Position numbers and translations under genes: made by a program. Of a stretch of 64,000 nucleotides of DNA, positions 12,837-25,493 are shown piece by piece. The DNA is from Camelus dromedarius (Eukaryota). The notes beneath the pieces are model-generated. The model worked only from the letters and a program-made list of their open reading frames with translations. It ran no database searches and was not told where the DNA came from. Where the stretch lies: the NCBI RefSeq assembly GCF_036321535.1, contig NC_087437.1, positions 7,068,001 through 7,132,000 of the forward strand, written 5' to 3'. Every line of letters starts with the position of its first letter. Position 1 is the first letter of the stretch.

Positions 12837-13495
12837 TTTTTTCTCTGATGTGCGGCAAAGTGATTCAGTTATAAATATATATACACACACATATATTCTT
12901 TTCCAGATTCTCTTCCATTATAGGTTATTACAAGGTATTGAATATAGTTCCCTGTGCTGTACAGTAGGGCCTTGTTGTCTATCTAGTTTATATATAGTAG
13001 TGTGTAACTGTTAATCCCAAACTCCTGACTTATCCCACCCTCCTCCCACTTTCCCCTTTAGTGGCCATAAGTTTGTTTTCTGTGTCTGTGAGTCTGTTTC
13101 TTTTTTGTAAAGAGGTTCATTTGTATCATATTTTAGATTTCACATATAAGTGATATCATATGGTATTTCTCTTTCTCTTTCTGACTTCACTTAGTATGAT
13201 AATCTCCAAGTCCATCCATGTTGCTGCAAATGGTATTATTTTAGTCTTTTTTATGGTTGAGTGGCATTCCGTTGTACATATATACCGCATCTTCTATATC
13301 CTTTCATCTTTTGATGGATATTTAGGTTGCTTCCAAGTTTTGGTTATTGTAAATAAGAACATTGGGGTGCATGTATCTTTTCAAATTAGAATTTTCACCT
13401 TTTCTCGATATATGCTTAAGAGTGGGATTGCTGGATCATATGGTAAATCTATTTTTAGTTTTTTAAGGAACCTCCATCCGGTTCCCTATAGTGGC
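12837..13495 (-). mobile_element. Young L1 3' end
   Basis: Same family as 1994-2405, extends into the ORF2 C-terminus; possible TSD TAATTGTTCTT / TAGTTGTTCTT. Confidence 0.9.
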
Positions 13496-13809
13496 ATAGT
13501 TGTTCTTAATTTATATAAATATACCTTTTATTAAAATCCAATCATTCCATTTAAAATTGAGAGATCCTTGCTGGAAAAGAATTTCAAATAGGATTTCAAG
13601 CAGATTTAACAACAGAAAAGTTAAATGTACCCACTACATGTGAATAAGCATGCAATAATTGACAGGCTTATTACCTTTTTATAGAAATCAATTCTATTTC
13701 CTGAGACTTGGAAGTTTCTAGGTCTTAATTCACATTAAGCTCTCAGGGCTGATGTCATGTTCTCTCCACGATGTCTCCTTTGGGATGTGGACATCCCAGG
13801 TTGTTACAA

Positions 13810-14110
13810 GAATGGGGTTACCAAAGTTGTAATTAGATAAATACTGAGCATTGTTATGGGGTTAATCCCACTTGAGAAGCTCTGGAAACCCAGATGAGTA
13901 ATTCCACCTCAGACTTATCTCACCCAAGGGGTAAATGAGCTGGAATTTTCATACTCTACTATTCCCCAGATATTGCTTGAGAGTTGCTTCTGGAGGCCTG
14001 GAGGCATGAATTCCAGAAACTTACACTGTGTTGAACAGGTGGGCAAAGTGAGTTCTATCAGTTAAGGGACACCTCAACAAAACTGGTGCTGGAAGCTGGA
14101 AACTGGGCTG
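13810..14110 (-). mobile_element. ERVL LTR fragment (LTR33/LTR16 group)
   Basis: AATCCCACTTGAGAAGCTCTGG..CCACCTCAGACTTATCTCACCCAAGGGG..GAGCTGG, antisense-similar to the LTR at 60715-61169. Confidence 0.55.
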
Positions 14111-14259
14111 GATGCAAACAAATGCTCACAGGGAGGTGATAAAAGAGAGGCAGTGACACCATTGCTAAGAAAACTGTGCCCCAGATACAGAGTGGAACAT
14201 TCTGGACAAATGAGCATCTATTAGACAAAAATGCAAGAAAAAAAACAACTTGGTCTCTT

Positions 14260-14615
14260 GTGTCAGTTGGAATAGGGCTGGTTATGCTGTGGTTACAAAG
14301 CAACCAAATTGTAGTGACTCAATGCCACAAACGTTTATTTTTCACTCCTGGTTGTCAGGGGACCTCTGTGGATTGCATTAAGTTGAAGACCCAAGCGGGT
14401 AGAGGAGTCACCACATCACACTTGGCCAATTGCGTTCTCAGAGGGAAAAGTGAGGCCTTGCCTTTGCAGTTAAATAGTATGAACTTGTGCCAAGTCCACT
14501 CACAAATGACTACCCAGAACTAGCTTCATAATGCAACCTACTATGAACTGTGCACCTGCCATCCACTGTGTATCTGGAAGAAGAGAGAAACAAGTGATTA
14601 ATGACATCCCAAGGC
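14260..14615 (-). mobile_element. MaLR LTR (MLT1H/I/J-like)
   Basis: TGTCAGTTGGAATAGGGCTGGTTATGCTGTGGTTACAAA..GTTTATTT antisense MLT1 3' end. Confidence 0.65.
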
Positions 14616-14689
14616 TAACATTCATTTTTGATTGATCCATGACCTAAAGAAAAAAACGGCACAAAGGAATAGAAGAAAACATGTGTGAA

Positions 14690-15520
14690 TTTTGTACACA
14701 TTTAAAGTGACTTTGAAGTAACATACCAAAACCCAGAAACCACAAGGGAAAGAGACTGACAAATTTAAATGCATAAAATGTTGACAAAGTTTGACGTGGC
14801 AAACATACCATGAAAAAGGAAAGAGTTAAAAGTCTAAAGAAGTGTGTTAATGTAACAGACGAGGTGCTAATTTTCTTAACATACCAAGAGCTCAATGAAA
14901 ACAATTCAGCACCCAGAAGAAAAATGAGCATGGAGAAGAGCAATTCACAGGTAATGGCATTCATGTGGCCCAGAAATGTGTGACATCCAAAATAAAATAA
15001 AAATACTGCTTTTTAGTCATCATGAGCAAAAATGCAAAGGTACAAGAGACTCAGGCGTTCTCATGTACGACGGATAGGAGTACAGAAGTTTGAACTTTTA
15101 TTTGTATTTCTGAATACCTTTATTAACATTTAAAATGCACATCCTCTTTGACCCAGTAATTTTATGTCTAGGACTTTAATCTAGAGATAAACTTGAACAA
15201 ATGCATCAGCTTTACCTACAAGTATTTTCAATGGAATATTATTTGTAATGAAGACACTACCCCCTAAAAAGCCAATTGTTCATCAGTAGGGGATTAGTTA
15301 AATGAATGATAGGACATACTTACAATGGAATATTATGTAGTCATTGAAAAGCATGAAGTAGATTTCTATGGGCTAATATGGAGAGTATAGAATGGATTAT
15401 TAATGAATTGTAGAATAGCAAAAAAAAATCTCTGGTGTGATCCTATTTGTGTATGTCATGTATACTCGTAGAAAATGTGTAAAAGAATCCATGAGTGATG
15501 GTTAAGAGTGATCCTAGGTG
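14690..15520 (+). mobile_element. Old L1ME ORF2 3' region / 3' UTR
   Basis: AAGAGACTGACAAATTTAAATGCATAAAA; CTTTGACCCAGTAATT; ACAATGGAATATTATGTAGTCATTGAAAAG. Confidence 0.7.
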
Positions 15521-15559
15521 AGCAGAGCCAATCAGAGTCCAGGGAGGGAGACAGAGGCT

Positions 15560-16040
15560 ACGGTGGATACTAATTTATTTTTTGGCCAAGAACATTTATT
15601 CTTCCTTTTTTTGAATAATTATGTTCTTCCTTCTCCCCCAGCTCACACACTTTGGGTTGTCCCTTTGTCACTGTGATTCTAGATGTAGGGTGTTAAGACC
15701 CACGCCTGATCAAACAGCCTATCCAATGCCACGGGCCACAGTGATTGCTCAGGGATGTTATGACTTGCCAGCTGGTCCCATGAGAGTAAGTCTTGGGACT
15801 TGTTTGTGAGCTTCTGGGAATATGAACTCTACTCTGGATGTGAGTCTGGGAAGACGTATGTTGGGACTGTTGCAGCATCTGCATATTACAAAAGATGAAA
15901 CAGAGCACAAGGAAGGAGTAGAGCTTACACGCTCAGAGCTAGATCCGTGGACATTTCAGTTAAATAAGAAACAAACGAATCTACATGTTCATAAAAAGAA
16001 GCCACTCTTTTTTCTTGAAGCAACTTTGAATTACGGTGTA
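15560..16040 (+). mobile_element. MaLR LTR (MLT1K-like)
   Basis: GGCCACAGTGATTGCTCAGGGATG..TGACTTGCCAGCTGGTCCCATGAGAG; GGACATTTCAGTTA. Confidence 0.65.
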
Positions 16041-16840
16041 GCTGAGATGATTCTTTTCCTTTCCTTTAATATCCTTCCATTCAGTTTGAGTAAACATATG
16101 TCACTTTGGCAATTTAGTATATTTTATAAATAATAAGACTATTCATTTTTAACCATATTTTAAAAGACACGTACAAAAAGGCAGTTAGTTACATAAACTG
16201 AGATATTTCTAAATGTAATGCAAAACAACTGTTAAAAAAATAATGAGGTTGGTCTGTGTGTATTTATATGGAAAGATGCTCCGGAAATGGTAATAACTCA
16301 GGTTCCAGAAACCCATACAGAGTACATTTCTCTTTACAGTAAAGAAAAACTTTTTATGTGCATCAAAATCCTGAAAGCTATACAGCAAATTAAATTATTG
16401 TTTCCAAAGTATTGAGTTACGGCAGGGAAGTTCACTTCCCATTTTATACCCTAATATTTGGAAGTCTTTTACCCCACCCTTAGGTGATAAAGTCCTCCAA
16501 TATAAGATTCATGTCATCTTTGAAGATGCTCTCCAAGTCCTTTGTTCATACTCAGTAACAAATAAATGTTTGTGGAGTGAACAAATATGAAAAAAAAAGG
16601 AACAAAATCAAACGAATTAAGAAGGGGATTTTACCTCATAGAGTAAGGACTGTTCAGCAAGTTTTCTGTGTCCAATAGAGGCAAATTTCAAATATTACCT
16701 GTCCATAGGCTGTGAAGAATTAATTCAGCCACAAGACCCCAGTCTCTACCCTTGTTCTACTTGGTGCTCTGCAAATGAAGTTATTCTGAGAACAAGAAAC
16801 ATTCTCTGTTTTGACTGGAGATTTTTTTCACAAGTGTGGC

Positions 16841-17150
16841 TGTCAGGATAAATTACAGTAGGACAACAGTAACAACTCTAAAATCTCTGTGGCTTAAAAT
16901 AATAAAAAATGTATTTCTTGTGCATGCTACATTTCCAAAGCAAATTGGGTTGCATCTCAAAATGTGACTCTATGATCACAATGGAAAGGAGGCGTCTTGG
17001 CAAATTGTGCCCTGTTTCTTTAAGTGGCCACCAGGAAGTGCTGCACATCCAAGGTTTCATTGGCTTGTGCAAGTCACATGACCACATCTCACATCAAGGA
17101 GGCGGGATGTGCAATCTTACCATGTGCAAATTCTGAGGAATGGTAAATGG
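16841..17150 (-). mobile_element. MaLR LTR (MLT1I/J-like)
   Basis: AACTCTAAAATCTCTGTGGCTTAAAA..TTTCATTGGCTTGTGCAAGTCACATGACCACA. Confidence 0.7.
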
Positions 17151-17864
17151 GATTTGTTTCTGTGTAAAATCATCCATGTGTACATACTTTTCAGCATCCA
17201 GTTTGGACTCCCTTCTCTTGAGACCTATTTCTTATGCCTATATCATAACTTCTTGCCCATAGATCGTCTCCCAGAAGACAAGCTTCCTCTTACTCGGTGC
17301 CCACAACTGAGAAAGAAAGAGAAAGGATGGGGGTGGTGGCCACAGCTAAGCTACCTCTTAGCTACTTTCTTATTTCTGTTCTTACCATTTAAGCAAGTGA
17401 TTACAGTGCAAGTGAATTCTGCTTCTCTTAGGTGATCATATTTGAGGTTCTATTTATTTCTTCACCTTGGGGATAGAGAGACAGCACCTTTTACCTATTA
17501 GCAGTGAGTTAACCATTTTCTTTAAAATAAAAATTCTCTGGACATTTTAATTGCTCTTTTCAGCAAATACAAAGCAAATTGGTACATTGCCATGTTCCCT
17601 GGGGTGAACGAGGGGCTCAATAAATATTCAGTGGGGAGACTCGAATGATTAAAATTACAAAGTAAATGCTCCCATTTGAAGAAGTGGATCTTGTTTCACA
17701 AGTTCTGGGTAATGAGAGCTCTAATTTCTTTTCGTTATCATGCATGATATCAAATTTATAATTTATTGTGAAATGGACTGCCCTAAATAGGCCATGTTGC
17801 TATCTTTACTGCCAAATTTGAACTCTAGTAGACATAAACTCCATACTCATTTTTGACATTATTC

Positions 17865-18200
17865 TAACATTCTTTATTTTTGTTATTTATTTATATTTTT
17901 TAAAAAGTTAAAAATTAAAATATGATTGACATATAACATTATATTAGTTTCAGGTGTGCAAAGTAATGATTCAATATTTGTATGTGCTGTGAAATAATCA
18001 TCACAATAAGGCTAGTTGCCGTCTTTCCCCATACAAAGTTGCAACAAATATATTGCTTTTCCTTGTGATGAGAATTTTTAAATTTACTCTCTTGACAACT
18101 TTCAAATGTGCACTACAGTATTATTGACTAGAGTCACCAGGCTGTGCATTACATCCCCCTGACTTATTCTAAAACTGTAAGTTCTAACTTTTCTTTTATT
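17865..18200 (-). mobile_element. L1 3' end (L1MA9/laurasiatherian type)
   Basis: ATTGACATATAACATTATATTAGTTTCAGGTGTGCAA..GTGATGAGAATTTTTAAATTTACTCTCTT; flanked by the TGACATTATT direct repeat. Confidence 0.85.
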
Positions 18201-19706
18201 CTTCTGACATTATTTTTGTTTGATTTGTTTATAGCAGAGATGTCCTTCTATATATTTTCTGTTCAAGTGTCATTTATTTATAATAAAACCACTTAAAGTT
18301 TCATTGCTAAATTCACGCCTTTAGTAGGAATACATTTGAAATGACCTTGGTAAACACAAATGGAAGTCAAAAAACACAAAGTATTATATTCTCCAAGAAT
18401 AAATTTAACACTGTGTATTCCAGTCAGAAATAACAGGCCATATTTAACCCTGTCAAAAATGACTAAGGCTTCGCTTGGATAGCAAACTAATCCTTTGCAA
18501 TATTGTTTAGTTGCAAGGAATGTATTTGCCTAACAGCATGGGCATGATTAATTAAATTATGATGTCATTATACAAGAGAATATGATTATATTTATAAATA
18601 ACTTAAATTATGGGACAGTGGAAAAGGCAAGAAAATGTGTAAATTGTCAATTTAAACTAAAATAATATACATAGGAGACAAAGACAACAGATTGTAAAAA
18701 GCATTATCTCTGGGTACTGGGATTAGAGGTTCCCTAGCTATTTTAAATACTTTGGGACCATAAAATCCACTCATTTTATATTTAGAAAAACTTAAACTTT
18801 ACCTGTTTCAAATTCCAAGAGGTTTTTTGTTGCTGTTTGTTGCTTTTACCTGCATTGGTCAGGTATTTCTTGGCTTCAGCTCTGGGCTTTTGAACCAAAA
18901 GAAGCTCTTTAGAACAAGAAAGAAGATACTAGAAGATAAACATTAAGGTGATCAAAAGTTCAGGAAATGTGCATTAAGATTATTAGATCCATCAGAGAGC
19001 TGGCTGGGTAACATTAAGTAGACGCTGGAGTCTCACAGAGAGTGTGATGTTGACCTAGGACATGGTGGTCACTCAATCATCATTTCTTAAATGATTTTTA
19101 TTAAAAAAGTGAATGAATGGCCAATTATTATTCCCTTTCCCTGAGCAGTAAGAAAAATAATATTAAAATTATGGAAAGAGAAATCTATGCTTGGTATAAC
19201 GTGACATAAGTTTATTTAAAATATGGAAGGAATGGTATTTGCTTCTTCCAGAAAGGGCTGAGGAAGAATTAGATAGTGGAAGGGAAAATTGGGGTGCTAA
19301 TTAAGTATGATCTCACAAAGACCTGAATCCTGAGTTTCCATAAGGAATGGCCACAAAACCCCAACCCTGAGCAACTGGTTTTCTAAGCCTTGAAAACTGG
19401 ATGGATGGCAATAAGGTGTCTGGTTTTTGAACTCTGTATTTTGGATAAAACTGTTATTTCACAAAGTTAAGCATCATGTATGCAAAGCCCTTTAGCTAGG
19501 CTAGAGACTGAGGTTAAATGATTTTAATTTATTAACACCTCCAGAGAGAAACAGAGCTTTGAATAAATGTCTTTGATCTCCTAATGTTGGATCAAAAATT
19601 ACTGATTCTTCAGGATCTGTTGAGTATCCACAGAGAGCTAATTTTCTTTCTAAAGCCATATTAGCAATATTCATGTCTTCACGGAGCGTTCTGTCTACTG
19701 TGAGTA

Positions 19707-20255
19707 CACACACACTCATTATTTGCAGATTCTATGTTTGCTGATTTACCTGCTAAAATTTACCTGTAACCTCCAAATCATTCATTCATGGACCTGAAAT
19801 TTCTTGTCAGCAGAGGTGCATGTTCCCAGCTAAGGATGAACAAGGCAACCTCTGCTTTCCTGTTTTGGCTTTCTTATTATAAAACACATACTGTTTTTGT
19901 GGTCTATTTAGTGTCCCATTTTTTTTTGTGTGCAGTTTTGTGCTTTTGGTGATTTTGCTGTTTAACATGGCCCCTAAATACATTGCCAAACCCCTGAAGT
20001 ACTGTCTAGTGTCCCTGAGAACAAGGCAGCTGTGATGTGCCTTGTGAATAAAATTACGTGTGTCAGATGAACTTCATTCAGGTGAGTCATAGTGCTGTTG
20101 GCCATGAGTTCAATGTGAATGAACCAACAATACATATTAAATAGATGTCTTTAAACAGAAACATACATAAAACAATGTTACGTTTTGACTGGTTGATGAA
20201 AATGTTGTGGCTCGAGGCTCTCGGAATCCTAACCCTGTATTTCCCCTACTAATGC
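19707..20255 (+). mobile_element. MER82 (TcMar-Tigger) DNA transposon
   Basis: Colinear with the MER82 consensus: CTCATTATTTGCAGATTC..GTTCCCAGCTAAGGATGAACAAGGC..GGTCTATTTAGTG..CCTAACCCTGTATTTCCCCTA. Confidence 0.85.
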
Positions 20256-20535
20256 TTGTAAATGACAAAGGTTGCGTTCTCATCCTTTGCATTCTTATCT
20301 TTTGAACCCTAAAGAAGAACCCTTTCAGTTTTGTTGCCACCTTTCAGCTCCTAGGGCTTAGAAAGTCTCGGCTGCTGCCTTTGTACCAGATTCTACTCTT
20401 CAGGGCTTCACCACATTGCTTAAACACTTATCTGGAGATTGGTCCTTGTTACCTACAATGCTTGCATATTCCCTAAATCTGCCCTAGACATCAAGACATC
20501 AGACTTCTCTGAAATATATAAGAAAAGACTGATAC

Positions 20536-20905
20536 AAATTAAAGAAAGAATGACAATACCAAGTGTTGGCATGGATGCAAAACAACTAGAATTCTAATAC
20601 TTTGCTGGTGAGAATGCAAAATGGTTCAGTCATTTTGGAAAACAGTCTGACAGTTCCTCATTAAATTAGATGTACACTTACCATATGACCCAACATTTCC
20701 ACTTCTAAGTATTTGCTCAAGAGAAACAAAAACAATTAATTACCAGAGACATATATGCAAATGTTTGTGGCAGCTTTGTTCACAATTGCCCCAAACTGGA
20801 ACTAACCCTAATGTCCATCCAATAATTAATGGGTAAACAAATTATGGTATATCCATAAAACAGAATATTACTTAACATTAAAAAAGGAATGAAATATTGA
20901 TCATA
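20536..20905 (+). mobile_element. Old L1M ORF2 C-terminal fragment
   Basis: TGACAATACCAAGTGTTGGC..TACCATATGACCCAAC..CAAACTGGAACTAACC..AATGTCCATC. Confidence 0.85.
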
Positions 20906-20914
20906 ATGGTTTAA

Positions 20915-21230
20915 TGAAAGATGATGAAACCTGACTTGAACAGAAGTTATGAGAAAGTAGAGAAAGGAATGGATTTGGGGATGTACTTAAGAGATATAAA
21001 AATGGGAATATCTGTTAGTTGATTGGCTATGGGGGATGAGGGAGATGGAAGAGTCTGAATTGACTCCTAGATTCTAACATGGGTGCCTGAAAGTATAATC
21101 ATCATCTTTGAATAAATCAGAAGTATAGGAGGAGTATAGAGTTAAGCTTGTGGTGAAGAACGAGGTGTTCAGTTTAGGGTCTGTTGAGTTCATATGTCCT
21201 AGCTATATCAAAATGGACAGACCAGGAAGG
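20915..21230 (-). mobile_element. L2 LINE fragment (continues at ~21955-22035 and ~22455-22580)
   Basis: Purine-rich antisense L2 motifs: GATTGGCTATGGGGGATGAGGGAG..TGACTCCTAG..GTTCAGTTTAGGG..TGTTGAGTT. Confidence 0.7.
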
Positions 21231-22041
21231 AAGGACCATGCTGGTGTCAAAGCAATGGAGGTCTAAGACTTACAGCCAACAGTGCAAGATTTCCTCCATT
21301 GGCTTCCATGTCATAAGTGGAAATGACCAGTAAGTAGCCTTTCCAAATAATTTATAATTATTACAGGACTACTCAACATTACAGAAATATTCCCATTATG
21401 AAATTATCCCATCTAGACTAATCTAGGGTAGGGTTATAAAGGCACATTACCTTAACTGCTGATTGAATGCCTCCAATAGCCCATTAGATGTCTTGTAGGG
21501 ATAAATGTTCTGTTGTCCCTGGAAGCTTGATCTTCAAGCAAGTTAGGAGACAAGGGGGCAGTGTGCACCCTGCCCTGGGAGAAGTTCTGAAGAGGTGTAA
21601 CAGCTCCATGTTACGAAATTTCTTTTCTCACAATTGGTTTTCCTGTAGGTGATGCTGTTCCTAGCCCTCCACAGCTCTTCTCCACTGACCCTAGATACAA
21701 TTACTATGTATGCTGACTCTGCTGCCTCAACTCCTCTGGCTAGAGGTTGTACAGGCATAAGGCTCACACCATTCTCATTTGTTGACACAGAGGTGGGTCT
21801 GCGGCCACCACTGGGGCCTAAGAGTCATAACAAACACATTCTACAACTAGACTTAACGATTTTGGAGTTTTCATCAAATGGTTGTTGATAACCTGGGAAA
21901 AGCCTGAAAGGGAGAGAAGAGGCAAGAGAGAAATCTGGGGAACACGACTACTTATGAGACCGGCAGAACAGGAAGTGTTCAGGGAGGAGATTAAGATGGA
22001 ATGATCAGAAAAAAGAAGAGGATCAGGGAGAGGCCCAACAG

Positions 22042-22450
22042 AGCTGGCCCCTGCCTCCCTCTCCAAGCCACGTCCTCTCCCCTCTGGACCATTCAGTGTG
22101 TCACTTAAGACACACTGTCTTCTCGCCATGAGGTTTGGCTGGTCCTGCCTCTGAGCCTTTGCACATGCTACTCCCATTCCTTCCAGATATTTGCAAGTCT
22201 GATCCATTCCAATCATTCCAGTCTCAGTTCACAAGTCACCTGATAACCCTAAATAAAAGCACACATCATGATCTGAAATTGTGTCATTCATGTATTTCTT
22301 TTTTAAATTACTTTTTTTTTGTTTCTTTTTTCCTGCACTGGAATGTTGATTAAATAAGAGTCAGACCCTTGTCTTCTTGTTTATAGTAGTACTCCTAGGA
22401 CTTAGGGCGGTACCTGCCACATGGTGGTCAGTAACTATTTGTTGAATGAT
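22042..22450 (+). mobile_element. L2 3' end
   Basis: CTGGCCCCTGCCTCCCTCTCC..GCCTTTGCACATGCT..TATTTGTTGAATGA tail. Confidence 0.8.
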
Positions 22451-23250
22451 CCAATGTTTCAAGTCAAGGAGCAAAGTGCAAAGAGATTTAAGAAGAGTCA
22501 ATGGACAATGATGTCAAATGCAGGAGAAAGATCTAATAAAATAAAGAGGCAGCCAGCATTGGATTTGAAGCAATCCTTGTCCTCAACAGCTTTTGTTGAT
22601 GACCCAAAGCATAGACCTCAGAAACGCACAAGGCATTTAAAAGCAGCATGCCATTCTATGATGTAAATGGTACATGAGTGTGGAGGCATCAAATGAGTGA
22701 CATTATAAATACTTTTTAATTTACTCCCATCATAAAAGCTCAGAGGTTTACTCTGCTCTGGCCCTAAGCCACCCACTCACTGCTCTGGGAACAGGGAAGA
22801 TGGTGGTATTATCTAACATTGTTTGAAGAAACGCCTTTGGTGCCTGCTGGCTTGCAAATATCTCAGTCATGTCTCTGTTTTCAAGGTGGAGGGGAAGTGT
22901 GATTGGTTTAGCATTTATTACTTTGAGGTCATGCGGTAACTGTTGATCATATTTGTCAGTTGTAAAACTTTGATCATCTTCATTTTAGAAAGAGATCAGT
23001 TACAGAATTTTGTGATCATCAACATGAAAAACAAGGTTTTTCCTTAGAAACAGTGCATTGAGCCCTATTATTCAGCTGGATCATGGGTTTTGATGGCTTA
23101 AATATGTCGGTATTTTTTAAGGAGCTTAACAGATATTGCGTCTGCCTTTATAAATTATTCAATGTTAAAGATCTTGCATTATGGGTGAGGATGCATGGGC
23201 AGGGATGGGGACAGGCAAAGTCTGGTCCTCGATGTCGTTTTCCCATTTAG

Positions 23251-23383
23251 GTGCCTTTGAAGACATCCTTTGCTTTATCCGATCCTCAGTGATCTCCATC
23301 CACAATGGCTATGACATTCCCTGTCTCATCTGGACCTCAGCTGTTGATCTACGCATGTTGCCATGGAGATAAGCCTTCTTCCG
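23251..23383 (+). other. Candidate exon (133 nt), apparently non-coding
   Basis: Acceptor GTTTTCCCATTTAG|G, donor CCG|GTGAGC; stops in all three frames; non-repeat sequence. Confidence 0.35.
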
Positions 23384-23833
23384 GTGAGCACAATCACAGG
23401 TCCATGGTGCTCCTGCTACCTCCAAGCCACACTTGACCAAAATCGATTATCTTCCTTCTCCTCTGCCGCAATGCGAAGCAGGAAATTCCCAGGGTCTAAA
23501 GTTCTACCTGCCTCAGAGTCCTCAGTGGTCGCTTTTTTTCTTAGGTTTTGCCTCCTTTGGTTCAACCTAGATTTCTCCAGCTTCTCAGGGGTTTTGTCCT
23601 TCTGCCTTGGGCTTAGCCTAGGAACATGGACAGTGACCCTCTCTTGGCAGGACACTGACGTCTCTCTCTCGCATTGCATTTCCTTTGTTCCTATTTCAGT
23701 GACATTCAGGGAACTTTGTTTTCTAAATTGGCCGAGAGGACTTTGGAAAAGTCGTGTGCTTTGTCGTGATTTTTTACCTTCAATCTTTTGCTTGATTATG
23801 ATTCCTTTCTATTTCCTCTCCTTCCTTGTTTAG

Positions 23834-23938
23834 GCTTTTGACTCCAAAAGCCAAGAAACAACTCCCATTTTTGTTTTCTGCGGCCCCACCTCTGCTCTGA
23901 AACAATTTGATGGAACAGCCTCGCTGACTGAACAGCGG
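23834..23938 (+). other. Candidate exon (105 nt)
   Basis: Long pyrimidine tract TTCCTTTCTATTTCCTCTCCTTCCTTGTTTAG|G, donor CGG|GTAAGC; phase-0 frame open (AFDSKSQETTPIFVFCGPTSALKQFDGTASLTEQR), not recognised. Confidence 0.45.
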
Positions 23939-24504
23939 GTAAGCCAAGGACGTGGTGAGAGACCACTTGGGGTGCGTGGGTGGGATCATGCTGGCCAATA
24001 TTTTAACATTATTATTCCATCGTTCAATTAAATGTCAACTTTTTATTTAAAAATAAGAGTTCTATGTAGTCCAATTGTGTAATTTCCATTTCAATGCCTC
24101 GTGTTCGTTCTCAGTGCGTTCACAGAAAGATTACCGAGAATTCACAGGGAAAATTAAGGTAGTTAGGCAGCAGAACTGATCGATCCTAGGGAACCTTTCA
24201 TTCTTGGATTGTTCTCTGACTCTGTCACTGAGGCATTCTTTGTGTTCTTGATACGTGAATATTTGTGGTGCTAATGTGATCTATCACCCACAGCCTCTGA
24301 AGAAATGATAAAGGAGTGCATAAAATACACAAGGGTCCTTATGTGGTGATTTTTTTTTTCTCAGCCTCTCATGGCCTCCTTCCTTTCCCAAAGATCTGAA
24401 ATATCAACCCTTAGCACACTGACACACACCCACACACACACGTACATATAGACACAGACACGCACAGGCTGGAGAGTCATTTGCATGAACAAACTCCTCT
24501 TTTA

Positions 24505-24623
24505 TTTTAATTTTTTTAGGGGTAGGTAATTAGGTTTATTTATTTAATGGAGGTAATGGGGATTGAACCCAGGACCTTGTGCATGCTAAGCAGGCTCTCT
24601 ACCCCTGAACTCTACCCTCTTCC
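24505..24623 (-). mobile_element. Camelid tRNA-derived SINE (vic-1-like)
   Basis: GGGGATTGAACCCAGGACCTTGTGCATGCTAAGC; TSD CAAACTCCTCTTTTA (24490-24504) / CAAACTCCTCTCTTA (24624-24638). Confidence 0.9.
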
Positions 24624-24725
24624 CAAACTCCTCTCTTACAGTGCCAAAGCAATGCTTTACTCAATAGAAGTTTCTTTCCAAAGGAATCTGGGTTTGGATG
24701 TTGAAGGGAGGAAGAAAATCAGAGG

Positions 24726-24819
24726 ATGAAAAAGAATCACCAAGCTGTACACCTGAGATTAATACAACACCGTAAATCAACTGTTCTTCAATTAGAAAAA
24801 GAAAACCGGAGGAAAAAGA
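24726..24819 (+). mobile_element. Severely 5'-truncated L1 (~95 bp, 3' terminus only)
   Basis: GAATCACCAAGCTGTACACCTGAGATTAATACAACACCGTAAATCAACT..CTTCAATT plus A tail; TSD AAGAAAATCAGAGG / AAGAAAATAGAGG. Confidence 0.8.
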
Positions 24820-25493
24820 AAGAAAATAGAGGTTTGTATCACCATGGATCCAATATCTGCTCTCCTGTGTCCATCCCTCCATCTTCTCCTCCTCTATCTG
24901 CAGTACAAGAACTATGTTACAATACACTTGGGCAGCTCTGGAAACTGAGCTGCAAACAGTTTACAGAGCTGGAGAGGTGGGGGAGAGCTGGAGGATGATG
25001 GAGCATTAAAGGATGCTGAGGAGTTGGGGGATAATGAAAAGCTGGAGAAGGAGGGAGAAGGAGGGACCAGCAGAGGTGGTTTTATTTTTTTAAGGATGAC
25101 ATATTGCAACAGAGAAGTCATGGGATTGGTGGTGGAGTTTGGAGAAGACCTCAAACCCTAGAGGTTCAACTTTTAGTGGAGATTAGCCTCTGAGATTGAA
25201 GTTGGTGGTGCTTGGGAGTCTGAGTTTTTAGAGTAAATTAGTAAAGTAATTATCATGCTGCTCATGACCTTGATCCTGAGGTACCATGTTTGCTGTTGAA
25301 TTATGGCATGGAGCTTTGTGACGCACTAAGGTCATCTCTGGAATCTGTGCTCTGTGTTCTTGAGAACACGTTCCTTGAAGGCACTGGGTACCATTTGCAA
25401 CATATGACGTCCGGCTCCCAGAAAGCACTTACGGCGTGCTTATTAATACTTCTTTCCGCTGATGTGTACGTGATTTTTGTGGTATTTCATTTT

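Noticed and set aside
19501..19719. 72-aa minus-strand ORF as a processed pseudogene
   Set aside because: No protein recognised, no poly(A) or TSD, and the start lies in the MER82 edge
23363..23833. 156-aa plus-strand ORF
   Set aside because: Ser/Leu/Phe-rich translation of pyrimidine-rich sequence that coincides with the candidate intron
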